Assembly: GCA_938003925.1 (NCBI GenBank)
Contig: CALKWQ010000022.1
Span: forward strand, 26,278-90,277
Length of the DNA: 64,000 nucleotides
Direction of reading: 5' to 3'
Source of the DNA: an uncultured bacterium
GTDB taxonomy: Bacteria > Patescibacteriota > Patescibacteriia > Patescibacteriales > UBA12465
The translations under genes and the position numbers were made by a program. Below the pieces are notes generated by a model that was given only the letters and a program-made list of their open reading frames with translations, ran no database searches and was not told the DNA's origin. Below, in pieces: positions 1 through 9,131 of the stretch (within the stretch, counting starts at the first letter, position 1; the number at the start of each line of letters is the position of its first letter).

Positions 1-1018
1 ATTAAAGACTCATCGCTTGGCATATCTTCAAGTTTAAGGCGGAACTTTTGCCAACAAGACTCATCGCCACCACAAGCCTCGCGCTCTAATAAGCGCCAGC
101 GCTGCCAGTTTTCATAGATATTAACTGTGCCTTCCAAAAAATCAAAATTAATAGCCAAACCTTTATCCCGATCTTCCTGCAAAGTTAAACTAGTAACATC
201 TAGTGATCTAAAGGAATTCAGTGACACGCCATTTAACTCCAAATTAGATACCAAAGAAGTCAAAGTCTGAGCCGATCCAGGGACACCCTTAAAACGACGA
301 TAAACATCAGCCTCACCACTAGCTAGCACTAAGGGATCGCCTTGGTAAACGTAATTAAAGTTAAAAGCCGGGGCGATCATCTTCATGTCAATCCCCGCGC
401 TCCCCGAGCTAGAGATAGTAGAAACTGCCTGGTCACCAACAACGTTAGGAGACTTTTCGGTCGCATTGGAATCGCCACCTAAACCGGCTGGAACCATCAT
501 CTCCGCCACCTCTGCACTCACAGTTATCCCGTCCGCCGACAACATCCGGCCATGAGAAGGCACTGCTTGGACAACCGAAGCTAGAGAACCAAAAGCACCC
601 GCCGCCAAACGAACAATATCGGTAGCTTCATTTTCATTAGCCTTATCCGTGGCAGACAAAGAAGTGACCGCCGAGTTGTCGTTATTATCAAGTTGTGAAA
701 TTGGTCGTGAAGATTGGGGAATGGTAGTGATAACCATGAACACAACCAAGCCCAGCACCACAGCCGAGAGAGTGTAAGTATATAGCTTCTTATTCATAAA
801 ATTGAAAATAAATGATTTCACTGGAGGCGAGGGCATAACAGCTATGCGCCGCAAAACTTGAGCCTTAATCTTAGCCGCTAAAGCGGGTGTAAATTTAGTA
901 TCGGGACGTAATTCCGACATTTGTAATAGTATTGGCTTTAACTGATCTTCAAATGTTTGTAAATCGGGGTCTAAACGATACAATTCTTGCAACACCAATT
1001 TTAACTCATTTTCTTGCA
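1..1018 (-). CDS. putative anti-sigma-factor-like single-pass membrane protein (C-terminus runs off the window edge)
   Basis: Not in the ORF track because it is open to position 1. The ATG at 1018 overlaps the stop (1001) of the upstream ECF sigma gene. Hand translation gives MQENELKLVLQELYRLDPDLQ..., then one hydrophobic helix LYTYTLSAVVLGLVVFMVITTI, then an uninterrupted frame to the edge. The call rests on position downstream of a sigma factor. Confidence 0.45.
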
Positions 1019-1591
1019 TATATTTATAATCCCTGGCAATAGGATAAATATTGCCAAAGGCATCTTATCTTTTAAACTCTTCAGAGCCCGGCCGCAAGAC
1101 ATCTTCACGGCCCCCTCTTTTTTGCCTAAATGTTCAGCTATCTCTTGAAAAGATAATTCCAACCAAAAACGCATCATCAGTATCTCTCGCTCTTCGGTCT
1201 TTAATTCTGACAAGACTGACCTCACTTTTTCTAACTTCAAACCTTGATCAATATTAGCTAGGAAATCAGCTTGATCGGCTAAATCCCAACAATCATCAAT
1301 ATCTAAATGCTCTCGTTCATGACGATAGTGATCGCTGACAGCGTTACGAGCAATAGTATATAGCCAGGCCACAAAACTACCCTCTCTAAATTGACTGATA
1401 TGCTGCCAAGCTTTAATAAAAACAGTACTTGTAATATCTTCGGCTAATTCCTGATTTAAAGTTTTATAATAAATAAAGTCATAAATCTTTCGGACATAGC
1501 TATCATAAAGACTGCCAAAAGCATCGGCATTACCGTTCTTAGCAGCGATAATCAGCTCAGCTGCTTGTGTTTTATCTAAGATGTTGGCCAT
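1001..1591 (-). CDS. ECF-type RNA polymerase sigma-70 family factor
   Basis: 196 aa. Region 2-like FGSLYDSYVRKIYDFIYYKT...FVAWLYTIARNAVSDHYR and region 4 HTH EREILMMRFWLELSFQEIAEHLGKKEGAVKMSCGRALKSLK. Confidence 0.85.
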   Translation of the reverse strand: MANILDKTQAAELIIAAKNGNADAFGSLYDSYVRKIYDFIYYKTLNQELAEDITSTVFIKAWQHISQFREGSFVAWLYTIARNAVSDHYRHEREHLDIDDCWDLADQADFLANIDQGLKLEKVRSVLSELKTEEREILMMRFWLELSFQEIAEHLGKKEGAVKMSCGRALKSLKDKMPLAIFILLPGIINICKKMS

Positions 1592-1642
1592 ATCTTAAGT
1601 ACATTATAACAAACGCGGCTGGAAACAAAAAGTAACAATTTT

Positions 1643-1674
1643 AAAAAACCAAGCTGCTAAGCCTGGTCTTTTAA
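1643..1674 (-). terminator. hairpin with flanking A/T runs downstream of the PspC gene
   Basis: ACCAAGC-tgctaa-GCCTGGT (one mismatch). It is followed by a T-run on the minus strand (plus-strand aaaaaa at 1643-1648). Confidence 0.5.
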
Positions 1675-1701
1675 TAATACTAACAAAAAGAATCATCACC
1701 A

Positions 1702-3459
1702 TTAATCTACTTGCACCTCAACGGTGGGGGTGGAACTAGAAACTAGAACAGTGGTAACCAAGGGTTCCTTTTCCTGGCCCAAAAAATGTAACTGAAAAAG
1801 AGAAGAAGTGGCTACTGTGACTACCGGCAAATCAGGATTATAAAATAATCTAGCGCCAGGAGCATCAGGAGCAAAGTTGACATCTAAGCTCTGATCAGCG
1901 CGCACAGAAACTTGTGCTGTGCCAGCCAAAGAGGCCTCTACCGACTCTAAGGTCATGTTGCCACTATTAATCCTAACAAAATCAGTTGCTTCCAGTTTTA
2001 ATAATTTAACCTGGCCGCCAACAAAATCAATATCAGCCCCATCTGTAGCGTGTAAATTTAGCTCCTGCAAATTTACAGCTAGATTGCCACCGCTAAAGCC
2101 ACTAAAAAATAACTCCAAATTATCTTGCTGCCAATTATCTAGATTGAGTACCGCGCCATCAGCCACTTCAATTTTTAATAAAGGAGCCGGCATCGTTAAC
2201 ACTAAATTAACAGGGTGACCACAATTGAAACACAACCAATCCTGCGTCGGCATATTTTCAATAGTCAGCTGCCCTTCAGAAATTGTTGCCCAAATATTAT
2301 TTAAATCAGCGGGATGACCTACTGCCTGTAAAGATAGCTGATCGCCTGGTACGAGCTGTACATAATAATGTCCCCTTAACCTTAGCGCCGACACTGGACC
2401 GCTAACTTCTATGACTCTGCTTTCAGTAGTAGTTAAGTAAGGTCGCACACTGGCATAAGCAGAACCAGACAAGGCTCCAGCGCTCAAAAAACTAGCAAAC
2501 CAGATTAACAGAAAGATAAACCAAAACGAAGAAGGCAAGAAATTTCTACGACGCAACAACGCCACTCCTAACAAAATTACAGCCAAACAAGGGAGAGCAA
2601 GCGTAAGAGTAGCGCTTAGCAGCAGCCACGGGTAGATCCAACCGATAGCCGCCACTAGGCCTGGCTCTAAAAACTGGCGTCCGCTAAAAATAGCTATAGC
2701 CCCACTCAAACTAAAAACACCTAAACCAATAAAAGAGAAAAAGATTAAAAATAAACTAATAAGGACACGTAATAGAGGCCCGACTCCTTTAATAATTCTG
2801 CCAATCAGGTCAAAAAATTTTTTCAAAAAATTGCTTAAAGCTAAGACAGCACCACTCCCAGCCTCCCTTAACTGAGGTGAAGACAGGTTATCTTTAATCT
2901 TATTACTCAAAGAAGAAAGATTCACTGCCTCGCCCTGCATCGACAATTTCTGAGCAGTCGTTTTGGCCGTCGGGGCCACTAACCACAGAATGATATAAAT
3001 CCAAACTCCAAAGCCCCAAAAGAAAATAGAGGCAGCAAATAGCAAGCGAACCCACACTGGGTCAATCCCAAAATAATATCCCAGACCAGAACAAACACCA
3101 CCCACAACAACATTATCACCATCGCGATAAAAACGCTTCGGTAGATCGCGCTCGCCAGAGTTAGAGTTAGGGTCGGCGCTGTTCTTTTCTTCAGCAAAAA
3201 AATCAGCTACTGTGCCCATATTTTTTAAAGCCCGCTCCACCTCTTTAAAAGTCACCGCTCTCTGCAAAGCGCCAGCTCCAGCGTTGTTAAATTGTTCCGC
3301 TAAACTAGCTTCAATATCGCGCAAAATTTCGCCGCTATCATCGCCCTTAGCGTCAAAATAATGTTTCACTTCACGCAAATAAGTCTGTAGACGCTGATAA
3401 GCGTCTTCTTCGGCATAGAATAAAGTGCCACCGAGATTAATTGAGATTGTCTTTTCCAT
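1702..3459 (-). CDS. PspC domain-containing membrane protein with long C-terminal extracytoplasmic region
   Basis: 585 aa. PspC-type segment RFYRDGDNVVVGGVCSGLGYYFGIDPVWVRLLFAASIFFWGFGVWIYIILWLVAP, several further TM helices, and a beta-rich C-terminal part. Confidence 0.8.
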   Translation of the reverse strand: MEKTISINLGGTLFYAEEDAYQRLQTYLREVKHYFDAKGDDSGEILRDIEASLAEQFNNAGAGALQRAVTFKEVERALKNMGTVADFFAEEKNSADPNSNSGERDLPKRFYRDGDNVVVGGVCSGLGYYFGIDPVWVRLLFAASIFFWGFGVWIYIILWLVAPTAKTTAQKLSMQGEAVNLSSLSNKIKDNLSSPQLREAGSGAVLALSNFLKKFFDLIGRIIKGVGPLLRVLISLFLIFFSFIGLGVFSLSGAIAIFSGRQFLEPGLVAAIGWIYPWLLLSATLTLALPCLAVILLGVALLRRRNFLPSSFWFIFLLIWFASFLSAGALSGSAYASVRPYLTTTESRVIEVSGPVSALRLRGHYYVQLVPGDQLSLQAVGHPADLNNIWATISEGQLTIENMPTQDWLCFNCGHPVNLVLTMPAPLLKIEVADGAVLNLDNWQQDNLELFFSGFSGGNLAVNLQELNLHATDGADIDFVGGQVKLLKLEATDFVRINSGNMTLESVEASLAGTAQVSVRADQSLDVNFAPDAPGARLFYNPDLPVVTVATSSLFQLHFLGQEKEPLVTTVLVSSSTPTVEVQVD

Positions 3460-3464
3460 ATTTT

Positions 3465-3815
3465 TTAGCGCCGCGCTTCCCGCAGAGCATTAATTGATGA
3501 TTGTAAATTTTCCCAAGTACTATCCAACTGTTTGAGTACTCCTCTGCCCAACAAAGTCAATTCGTAGTATTTGCGTGGAGGACCGCTTTTGGACTCTTGC
3601 CAATGATAATCTAGCAGCCCCGCATTTTTTAAACGACTCAGTAAGGGATATAATGTGCCCTCTACTACCAACATATCGGCATGTTTAAGGGCAGAAATAA
3701 TATCAGAAGCATAAACTTTCTTACGAGAAATCACTAACAGGATGCAATATTCCAATGAACCCTTACGCATCTGGGCTCGTGTGTTCTCTAAATTAAGACT
3801 ATGATCTAAAGACAT
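3465..3815 (-). CDS. PadR family transcriptional regulator
   Basis: Winged-helix core LEYCILLVISRKKVYASDIISAL...GTLYPLLSRLKNAGLLDYHWQESKSGPPRKYYELTLLG. Start moved to MSLDHS (3815), because the track extension to 3848 covers promoter-like and palindromic sequence. Confidence 0.8.
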   Translation of the reverse strand: MSLDHSLNLENTRAQMRKGSLEYCILLVISRKKVYASDIISALKHADMLVVEGTLYPLLSRLKNAGLLDYHWQESKSGPPRKYYELTLLGRGVLKQLDSTWENLQSSINALREARR

Positions 3816-3825
3816 AATGATAAAG

Positions 3826-3839
3826 TTATGTTGACATAA
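3826..3839. promoter_or_regulatory. 14 bp perfect palindrome TTATGTCAACATAA, candidate PadR operator
   Basis: Inverted repeat TTATGT/ACATAA separated by 2 nt. It lies 11 nt upstream of the preferred padR start and overlaps the predicted -10. Confidence 0.35.
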
Positions 3840-3864
3840 TAACACCAACTACCTTTTTATACAA
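3836..3864 (-). promoter_or_regulatory. candidate sigma-70 promoter for padR-pspC (TTGTAT-17-TATTAT)
   Basis: The minus strand reads TTGTAT (3864-3859), a 17 nt spacer, then TATTAT (3841-3836). Confidence 0.3.
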
Positions 3865-3902
3865 GGTACTGTATTTTACACTTATCCACAAGCAGGAGGC
3901 TC

Positions 3903-3931
3903 TTGTCAAAAAAAAATATTTTTGATAATAT
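3903..3931 (+). promoter_or_regulatory. candidate promoter for tRNA-Lys (TTGTCA-17-TAATAT)
   Basis: TTGTCA at 3903-3908 and TAATAT at 3926-3931, about 45 nt upstream of the tRNA. Confidence 0.3.
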
Positions 3932-3977
3932 CAAGATAATTCCATAAGCTTTCGGGCTTTTTTATTTGGACAAAACA

Positions 3978-4050
3978 GCGCCTATAGCTCAGTTGGTAGA
4001 GCAGCTCCCTTTTAAGGAGACGGTCGTGGGTTCGAATCCCCCTGGGCGCA
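3978..4050 (+). tRNA. tRNA-Lys (anticodon UUU)
   Basis: 73 nt cloverleaf by hand. Acceptor GCGCCTA/TGGGCGC, D arm GCTC-AGTTGGTA-GAGC, anticodon loop CTTTTAA, T loop TTCGAAT, no encoded CCA. The hand fold leaves G27-A43 and T50-C64 mismatches. Confidence 0.85.
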
Positions 4051-4056
4051 CTATAA

Positions 4057-4082
4057 AAGACTAGGTTATTCCTAGTCTTTTT
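4057..4082 (+). terminator. rho-independent terminator after tRNA-Lys
   Basis: AAGACTAGG-ttatt-CCTAGTCTT followed by a T-run. Confidence 0.7.
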
Positions 4083-4222
4083 ATATTGACTTTTATTTTA
4101 AATAATGTTAATTTGGACAATTAAAAGCTCTTTAACAACAAAAGGGTTGAAGCGATTTTCTTTTAGTTTTAATGGCCTTAAACCTAAAGCAACATCTCTT
4201 TAACCTTATAAAATAAAAAATC

Positions 4223-4888
4223 ATGAAAGAATTAACACACGCTATTATTAACCTCCGCCTAGAAAGAGGTGATTTAAGCGGCGCCCTGAAGGTCGCTCGA
4301 GAATTAGAGCAACGTACCCTCAACCAAGAGGAATGGGGTCAAGTATGGCGCAAAATTCCGCCAGCAGAAATCCTGGACACTCTTAAAAAGAGCGGCCAGA
4401 AAAGCCAAACCGAATTTATCAAATGGCTGGAAGGTGGTGAAGACGCAATCACATTAATTTTAGCCTGTGAGTCTTTCGACCAAAAAGTTGATTTAACCGT
4501 TCTAGCTAATATGATGGACCATCATATTGAGCAGGGGGAGAATGATTCCGAAGAGCAGCTATACACTGGAGCAAAGTATGTGAAAATGAACTTTCCCAGT
4601 CTACACAACGATTGGGCCTTACAGGCTAAAGAGTTAGCGCTAGCTAGGGGCAATATCCAAACCGCCCTGATAGCAGCCGATTTATCCGGTGATAGCCTCA
4701 GTGAAGCAGAAATTATCTCCCTACTTATTTCCCATACGGAGGCTTTGACGGAAGCGCTGCAAAAGGAAAAAAGAGAGATAATCGACGCACTAATAATGGA
4801 AGGCAAAAATGTCATGCTGTTACTAGAAATAGTGCCAGATAATAAAAAAATGATATACGAAAAAATCAGAAGTTTAATATTCGACTGA
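4223..4888 (+). CDS. hypothetical protein (helical, no recognisable family)
   Basis: 221 aa ORF between a terminator and a convergent hairpin. No motif recognised. Confidence 0.55.
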   Translation: MKELTHAIINLRLERGDLSGALKVARELEQRTLNQEEWGQVWRKIPPAEILDTLKKSGQKSQTEFIKWLEGGEDAITLILACESFDQKVDLTVLANMMDHHIEQGENDSEEQLYTGAKYVKMNFPSLHNDWALQAKELALARGNIQTALIAADLSGDSLSEAEIISLLISHTEALTEALQKEKREIIDALIMEGKNVMLLLEIVPDNKKMIYEKIRSLIFD

Positions 4889-4899
4889 TAACTACCAAA

Positions 4900-4932
4900 A
4901 CAGCCGCTCTCTAACATTTAGAAGGCGGCTGT
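4900..4932. terminator. hairpin between convergent genes
   Basis: ACAGCCGC-17 nt loop-GCGGCTGT, with T-rich sequence after it on the plus strand. Confidence 0.45.
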
Positions 4933-4951
4933 TATTCTTTTGATAAATAAT

Positions 4952-5824
4952 TTATTTTTTGTAATCTATAATTTTCCTAATTCCTGGCAAATTCTCCGTC
5001 TTGATTACAAACCAGTCCCAAGAATAACGCGGCCGAGTCTCGGGATCGCTCGGTTTATGAAAATCTGAACCGCCAGTAGCTATGATTTTTTCTTTATTAA
5101 TAATAGCATTAAGGTGCATAATCGTATTATGACCGTGATGCGGCGATAATAGTTCTAAACCATCCATACCAGTGGCTAATAAATCTGATAATAACTGGCC
5201 TCGTAATTTATTATTTAAGCCGGGGTGACAGAAAATCAGTTGACCGCCAACCAATTTTCGCAACTTTAACAAACGAGTCCAACTGACATGAGCGTCTTGC
5301 AAGCGCGCACCCGTTTTGGGAAATAAACAAAAACGCATAATGTCTTCTTCCCTAATAATATCTAGATTTAATTCTTTTTTAATTAATCGACGATTAGAAG
5401 GTATAGCCCAAATAGCATCAGCCAAGTGATTGGCTGGCAAATAACGCGGGTGCTGGGAGATAAACAGGGGTAAATCTAATTTAATATGCAAACGACGCAA
5501 ACGGCTAGCCACTCTTTCTGCAAAACGGCGACGCCTAGACCAGGTAGACTCCAGCATTTTAATTAATTCTGGCGATGACTGATCGTAGTTATACCACAGC
5601 ACATTAAAGGTCCTGCTCTTATAACGGACATACAATTCTAAACCCGGCACTGTTTTAATACCATAATGAGCACAAGCGCGCCTAAATTCACCTTGGCCAT
5701 TAATAGTATTATGGTCAGTCAAAGACGCGACTTTAATGCCATGATAATTCAAAAAACGAGCCAGCTGGGCAGGCGTATAATAACCGTCTGAATAACGAGA
5801 GTGGACTTGCAAATCAATTCTCAT
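4952..5824 (-). CDS. PHP-domain metal-dependent phosphoesterase
   Basis: 290 aa. N-terminal MRIDLQVHSRYSDGYYTPAQL...ASLTDHNTINGQ and C-terminal GGSDFH are typical PHP His/Asp motifs. Confidence 0.8.
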   Translation of the reverse strand: MRIDLQVHSRYSDGYYTPAQLARFLNYHGIKVASLTDHNTINGQGEFRRACAHYGIKTVPGLELYVRYKSRTFNVLWYNYDQSSPELIKMLESTWSRRRRFAERVASRLRRLHIKLDLPLFISQHPRYLPANHLADAIWAIPSNRRLIKKELNLDIIREEDIMRFCLFPKTGARLQDAHVSWTRLLKLRKLVGGQLIFCHPGLNNKLRGQLLSDLLATGMDGLELLSPHHGHNTIMHLNAIINKEKIIATGGSDFHKPSDPETRPRYSWDWFVIKTENLPGIRKIIDYKK

Positions 5825-5865
5825 ATATATTTAATATACACGATTGCTTCCATCTTAACAAATTC

Positions 5866-5894
5866 TTGCCAAGAAGATAAAAATCAGATAACAT
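5866..5894 (+). promoter_or_regulatory. candidate promoter for tRNA-Thr (TTGCCA-17-TAACAT)
   Basis: TTGCCA at 5866-5871 and TAACAT at 5889-5894. The predicted start lies a few nt before the tRNA 5' end. Confidence 0.3.
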
Positions 5895-5903
5895 CAAAGT
5901 AGC

Positions 5904-5980
5904 GCCGCCTTAGCTCAGTTGGTTAGAGCAGCTGTTTTGTAAACAGCAGGTCGTGGGTTCGAATCCGACAGGCGGCTCCA
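5904..5980 (+). tRNA. tRNA-Thr (anticodon UGU), CCA encoded
   Basis: Acceptor GCCGCCT/AGGCGGC, D arm GCTC-AGTTGGTTA-GAGC, anticodon stem GCTGT/ACAGC with loop TTTGTAA, T loop TTCGAAT, CCA at 5978-5980. The hand fold leaves one G-G mismatch in the T stem. Confidence 0.85.
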
Positions 5981-5984
5981 AAGT

Positions 5985-6009
5985 AAAAACCCCTGTTATA
6001 GGGGTTTTT
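5985..6009 (+). terminator. rho-independent terminator after tRNA-Thr
   Basis: AAAAACCCC-tgttata-GGGGTTTTT. Confidence 0.7.
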
Positions 6010-6074
6010 AAAAATAAAAAATCGCCCCATCCATATCAGACTGAGCGATTATACGAGAGTGCCGTTTACTTCTT

Positions 6075-6593
6075 TTAGTTTAAAGAGCAGTCTGGTTGAG
6101 CATTGAGGCGATCGCAAACTTCTTTAAGCTTGCAATCTGGGCAGGAAGGTTTACTAGACTTGGCAATAACTGCCTTGAAGCCGCGACGTACCCCCATCGA
6201 AATACCAGGAGTCAGCTGAAAACGAGACCGGATAGTAGAAAACAACAAGGTTTTTATTATGCCAGCATCTTCTGACAGTTGGATTAAGCCGGCAACGTCA
6301 TCACTCGACCCCTCAAACACAAAATGTTTGAAACCGTCTTGTGAGCGATCGATATTGCCAAGAATATCCTGAACCTTAACCTTGTCCATCACGCCCTCCA
6401 TAGAGCTGCGCAAACGCTCCATTTTCTCATTTAAAAGGGTGTAGAGCGCCTTCTCCCAAGTGCTCATGTCGCCCAAAACCTGCTCTTGCTTATCTACCGG
6501 CTGAGCGGGTGACACAAAGTCTGAGGGATGAATAAACATCACCTCTTCCAGCACACTGCCAGTAATTCCGAGGAAAAAATCTTCTTTTTTCAT
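6075..6593 (-). CDS. hypothetical protein with Cys-rich C-terminus
   Basis: 172 aa. The C-terminal end KPSCPDCKLKEVCDRLNAQPDCS has four Cys. No family recognised. Confidence 0.5.
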   Translation of the reverse strand: MKKEDFFLGITGSVLEEVMFIHPSDFVSPAQPVDKQEQVLGDMSTWEKALYTLLNEKMERLRSSMEGVMDKVKVQDILGNIDRSQDGFKHFVFEGSSDDVAGLIQLSEDAGIIKTLLFSTIRSRFQLTPGISMGVRRGFKAVIAKSSKPSCPDCKLKEVCDRLNAQPDCSLN

Positions 6594-6797
6594 GCTGCTT
6601 TTTTGATTGAGTTATTATTATGTAAATTTACTGACCCTATATTAATATAAAAATAGCAAAATGTGTGTGCACATTACCGGTTGTAGTGTATAAAAAGTTA
6701 ACAAAAAGTTGACAAACCTTGCTTGAAAAAAAGGCCAGTTTAAGTTAAGATAGAGAGACTTCAGGGCGTTTAAAAATCAAGTTCAGACCACCTTCAT

Positions 6798-8195
6798 ATG
6801 TCTAAAAACGACCAGGTTTTATTGGAAAAAATCCCACCCCACAGTCTAGAAGCTGAGGAATCGCTATTAGGCTGCCTTTTAATAGATAAAGACGCCATTA
6901 TCAAGGTCGTAGACATGATTTTGCCCCAAGACTTCTACCGCCAAGCTAACCAAAAAGTCTATGAGGCCATCCAAGATTTATATAGCGGACAAGAACCTAT
7001 TGATATCATCACGCTGGCTAACAAGTTAGAAGACAAAAAACAGCTAACTGATATTGGCGGTCGCACCTATTTAGCCAAGTTATCAAATACTGTAGCTACT
7101 GCCGGTAATATTAGTCAATATGCTAGCATAATTCAGAAGAAGGCTACCCTGCGTCGTCTCCAGCAAGCAGCCGCTGAAATTACTAATTCTAGCTTTGAGG
7201 AAGATCGCGATATTGATGAAATCTTGGATGAAACTGAAAAAAGAGTGTTCGGCGTCTCGCGTAAATATTTAAAAAACGCTTTTTTGCCCTTGGACAGCCT
7301 ACTTACTGACGCTTTTGAACGTATTGACGAATTACACAAGCGCGGAGGCAAGTTGCGCGGTCTCAGCACTGGTTTTACCGATTTAGACTCTCTATTAGCC
7401 GGTTTACAAAAATCTGACTTAATTATCCTGGCCGCCCGCCCCAGCGTTGGTAAGACTTCCCTGGCCTTAGATATCGCCCGCCAAGCAGCCATACGCAATA
7501 AAGCGGGAGTTGGCATCTTTTCTTTGGAAATGGGCAAGGAACAACTAGTTGACCGCATGCTGTGTGCCCAAGCTAATGTCAATCTCTGGAAGATGCGTAC
7601 CGGCAATCTATCCGACAAAGAAGATGACAATGACTTCACCAAAATTGGTAAAGCTATGGGTGAGTTAGCAGAAGCACCAATTTACATCGATGATTCCAGT
7701 ACCTTGTCGGTGATGGAAATACGCGCCAAATGCCGTCGCCTCCAAATGGAAAAAGGGTTAGGTTTAATTGTAATCGATTATCTTCAGTTAATGGAAGGTC
7801 GCGGACGGTATAGCGATAACCGTGTTCAAGAAATTGGCGAAATTAGCCGCGGTCTCAAAGGTATTGCCAGGGAGTTAAATATACCGGTGTTAGCCTTAGC
7901 TCAGCTGTCTCGTGCCGTAGAAGCAACTAGTCCAGCTATTCCAAAATTATCACATCTGCGTGATTCTGGCTCTATCGAACAAGATGCTGACGTGGTGATG
8001 TTTATCTACCGCAAAGCCGCTGACCGTAGCTACAACCCTAACGACTTACCCATGGATGAAAGATATAAGGCTGAGGTGCATATTGCCAAACACCGCAATG
8101 GACCCACAGGCAAAGTCGATCTCTTTTTCGATGAAAATACTGCCAGTTTCCGTAATCTTAGTCGCCAAAATACTACCTCTACCGATAATATATAA
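6798..8195 (+). CDS. dnaB: replicative DNA helicase DnaB
   Basis: 465 aa. N-terminal PPHSLEAEESLLGCLLID and Walker A ILAARPSVGKTSLALDIA, with RecA-like core motifs. Confidence 0.95.
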   Translation: MSKNDQVLLEKIPPHSLEAEESLLGCLLIDKDAIIKVVDMILPQDFYRQANQKVYEAIQDLYSGQEPIDIITLANKLEDKKQLTDIGGRTYLAKLSNTVATAGNISQYASIIQKKATLRRLQQAAAEITNSSFEEDRDIDEILDETEKRVFGVSRKYLKNAFLPLDSLLTDAFERIDELHKRGGKLRGLSTGFTDLDSLLAGLQKSDLIILAARPSVGKTSLALDIARQAAIRNKAGVGIFSLEMGKEQLVDRMLCAQANVNLWKMRTGNLSDKEDDNDFTKIGKAMGELAEAPIYIDDSSTLSVMEIRAKCRRLQMEKGLGLIVIDYLQLMEGRGRYSDNRVQEIGEISRGLKGIARELNIPVLALAQLSRAVEATSPAIPKLSHLRDSGSIEQDADVVMFIYRKAADRSYNPNDLPMDERYKAEVHIAKHRNGPTGKVDLFFDENTASFRNLSRQNTTSTDNI

Positions 8196-8222
8196 TGTAA
8201 AAAAAATTAAACTATAAATTTT

Positions 8223-8498
8223 ATGTTCAACAAATTAAAGCAATTTAAAGATCTGCGCAGCCAAGCCAAAACCATGCAAAGCGCCCTAGCTCAAGAAAGC
8301 ATAGCTGAAGAAAAAAATGGCGTTAAGCTAGTAATGAATGGTAATATGGAAATTACCGAATTAACCTTGAATCCGGAACTAAATCTAGAAACACAGGCTA
8401 GTTCTGTAAAAACTTGTTTTAACGAAGCTATCAAGAGAACTCAGCGTCTCATGGCCAAAAAATTGCAAGATATGGGTGGTATTCCGGGCTTAAGCTAA
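8223..8498 (+). CDS. ybaB: YbaB/EbfC family nucleoid-associated protein
   Basis: 91 aa. Typical length and the usual position upstream of recR. N-terminal MFNKLKQFKDLRSQAKTMQ...GVKLVMNGNMEITELTLNPE. Confidence 0.8.
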   Translation: MFNKLKQFKDLRSQAKTMQSALAQESIAEEKNGVKLVMNGNMEITELTLNPELNLETQASSVKTCFNEAIKRTQRLMAKKLQDMGGIPGLS

Positions 8499-8516
8499 AA
8501 ACAACTAGTTACGCGC

Positions 8517-9107
8517 ATGAAATATCCTGATTACATCCAAAATTTAATTGACCGTTTTGCCCAATTCCCCAGCGTAGGCCCGAAAACGGCAGAGCGCTAT
8601 GTTTTTTATCTTCTCAACCAGGCTCCAGCAAAATTACAAGCCTTAGCCCTAGCTCTAAATGAATTAACGCAAAAAGCTACTCGCTGTTCCCAGTGTCGTG
8701 TTTTTAGCACCAGCAGTCTATGCTCTATCTGCTCTGACAGAAATCGCAAACAAGATGTGGTTTGCGTAGTTGAAAACAGCCAAGATTTAACAGTTATTGA
8801 AAATACTAAACAATTTAACGGTCTCTATTTTATACTAGACGGTCTAATCGACACCCTAGAAGACATTGGCCCAGACAAGTTACCCTTAGATGATTTACGA
8901 CGCCTGCTCAAAAAAAACCAGGTACAGGAGTTAATTATCGGCCTAAACTTTACCTTAGAAGGAGAAAGCACCGCTTTATACCTTAAAAAAATTCTACCTA
9001 CATTGAAAATAACGCGTTTAGCCCGAGGCCTGCCGGCTGGTTCTGATTTAGAATACGCTGACGAGCTGACACTAGCCAACGCTTTAAAATACCGAAATAA
9101 TTTATAA
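8517..9107 (+). CDS. recR: recombination protein RecR
   Basis: 196 aa. HhH segment FPSVGPKTAERYVFYLL, C4 zinc finger CSQC...CSIC, and a Toprim region. Confidence 0.95.
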   Translation: MKYPDYIQNLIDRFAQFPSVGPKTAERYVFYLLNQAPAKLQALALALNELTQKATRCSQCRVFSTSSLCSICSDRNRKQDVVCVVENSQDLTVIENTKQFNGLYFILDGLIDTLEDIGPDKLPLDDLRRLLKKNQVQELIIGLNFTLEGESTALYLKKILPTLKITRLARGLPAGSDLEYADELTLANALKYRNNL

Positions 9108-9131
9108 ACCCCAAAAACAAGGAGGTATCAA

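Noticed and set aside
7133-7642. Long ORFs antisense to, or out of frame with, well-supported genes. This one lies inside dnaB. Others are 4522-4917, 19341-19763, 21437-21823, 34899-35246, 47949-48260 and 12753-13013.
   Set aside because: Each lies fully within a gene that has strong family motifs on the other strand or frame. Their translations are low-complexity Ser/Arg/Lys-rich strings with no motifs. They are shadow ORFs.
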